Below are positions 24,497-25,120 of a DNA stretch of 25,120 bases, piece by piece. Position 1 is the stretch's first letter. Each line of letters starts with the position of its first letter. Origin of the DNA: a virus. Lineage: Duplodnaviria; Caudoviricetes. Location of the stretch: positions 1-25,120 of the IMG/VR virus record IMGVR_UViG_3300044300_000899. One strand, written 5' to 3'. Below the pieces are notes generated by a model. The model was given only the letters and a program-made list of their open reading frames with translations. It was not told the origin of the DNA and searched no databases. The position numbers and the translations under genes were made by a program.

Positions 24497-25005
24497 GCTG
24501 CTTTTACAAAACTTTCTAAACAAGAATGAATTTCTTTTCTTAACACCCCATCAATTGCCGTTGAATCTGTTTCACTTGCAAATAAATTACTAACCCGATC
24601 AGGCAGAGTTAAAAACGCTTCACGAATACCAACCGCCAATTCAAAACTTTTCTTCTCAACTTCTTTCGCACTTATCAATTCTTTCTTTTGTTGCGCAACT
24701 TGAATCCTTGCTAACTCCGCTTTATAAAATTCGTTTTTCGCACGTGAAACATTGAAATCTGGTATTTGATCCGCTGGCATATCCTGAACCTGTTTCTTTA
24801 GTTCCTTTTTTGTCTCCGCTGTAATTGGGCTAGGAGCTGGAACACTATTTTTATCCCATAATTCAACCGCTAATTCTTTGTTAAGTAGTGTTTTGCCGTT
24901 GTGCTTAACAATCGCACCCTCCAAAATCCCTGTTCGTTTTCTTTGGCTAACTGCACTCCTAGACACGTTTTTTAACTGCGCTAAATCTGCAAAAGTTATC
25001 AGCAT
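24493..25005 (-). CDS. terS: Terminase small subunit (Nu1-like)
   Basis: N-terminal HTH (FADLAQLKNVSRSAVSQ), RAK.E.YKAELA coiled coil and L.LPDR motif, directly upstream of terL. Confidence 0.85.
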   Translation of the reverse strand: MLITFADLAQLKNVSRSAVSQRKRTGILEGAIVKHNGKTLLNKELAVELWDKNSVPAPSPITAETKKELKKQVQDMPADQIPDFNVSRAKNEFYKAELARIQVAQQKKELISAKEVEKKSFELAVGIREAFLTLPDRVSNLFASETDSTAIDGVLRKEIHSCLESFVKAA

Positions 25006-25032
25006 TTTTTATTTGTTAAGCAATACGCCTCC

Positions 25033-25061
25033 ATATTAGTTAAGTCTGTTAAGTAAGCCAA
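25033..25061 (-). promoter_or_regulatory. Sigma70-like promoter TTGGCT-N17-TAATAT upstream of terS
   Basis: 17-nt spacer, 27 nt upstream of the terS ATG. The spacer contains two CTTAAC repeats. Confidence 0.5.
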
Positions 25062-25120
25062 ATTTTTGACGCTAGAAAAATATCGAGTTCCCTCTCTCTT
25101 TCTTTTTTCACTTCTCCTTA

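Noticed and set aside
25049-25120. Minus-strand TAAGGAG followed by a GTG-initiated 20-codon ORF
   Set aside because: The SD-to-start spacing is only 2 nt, the sequence is low complexity, and it lies at the window edge.
1-25120. tRNA, rRNA, CRISPR array, integrase/transposase, lysis enzymes
   Set aside because: None recognised by eye. Intergenic gaps are short and no regularly spaced repeats were seen.

Overview
AT-rich (by eye about 35-38% GC) segment of a long-tailed, lambda-like dsDNA phage (siphovirus or prophage), most likely marine and probably a cyanophage (inference). About 23 kb on the minus strand is an almost complete virion morphogenesis region. In order it encodes TerS, TerL (lambda gpA type), an extended gpW-like adaptor, a lambda-type portal, a fused HK97-type prohead protease/scaffold/major capsid protein, FII- and U-like proteins, the tail tube, G/GT-type chaperones joined by a -1 frameshift, a short tape measure, the M-L-K-I-J tail tip, and a long array of fibre, adhesin and chaperone genes. 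The first 1.76 kb is a plus-strand cassette of three signal-peptide proteins plus an unannotated 31-aa membrane peptide, converging on a fourth membrane protein. The most notable observations are this envelope-targeted cassette of unknown function, a gpL tail-tip protein with no cysteines (its Fe-S domain is absent), a probable internal promoter and start inside the protease-capsid fusion, and a possible modular fibre-docking architecture. All family assignments come from motif recognition and synteny; no searches were run.
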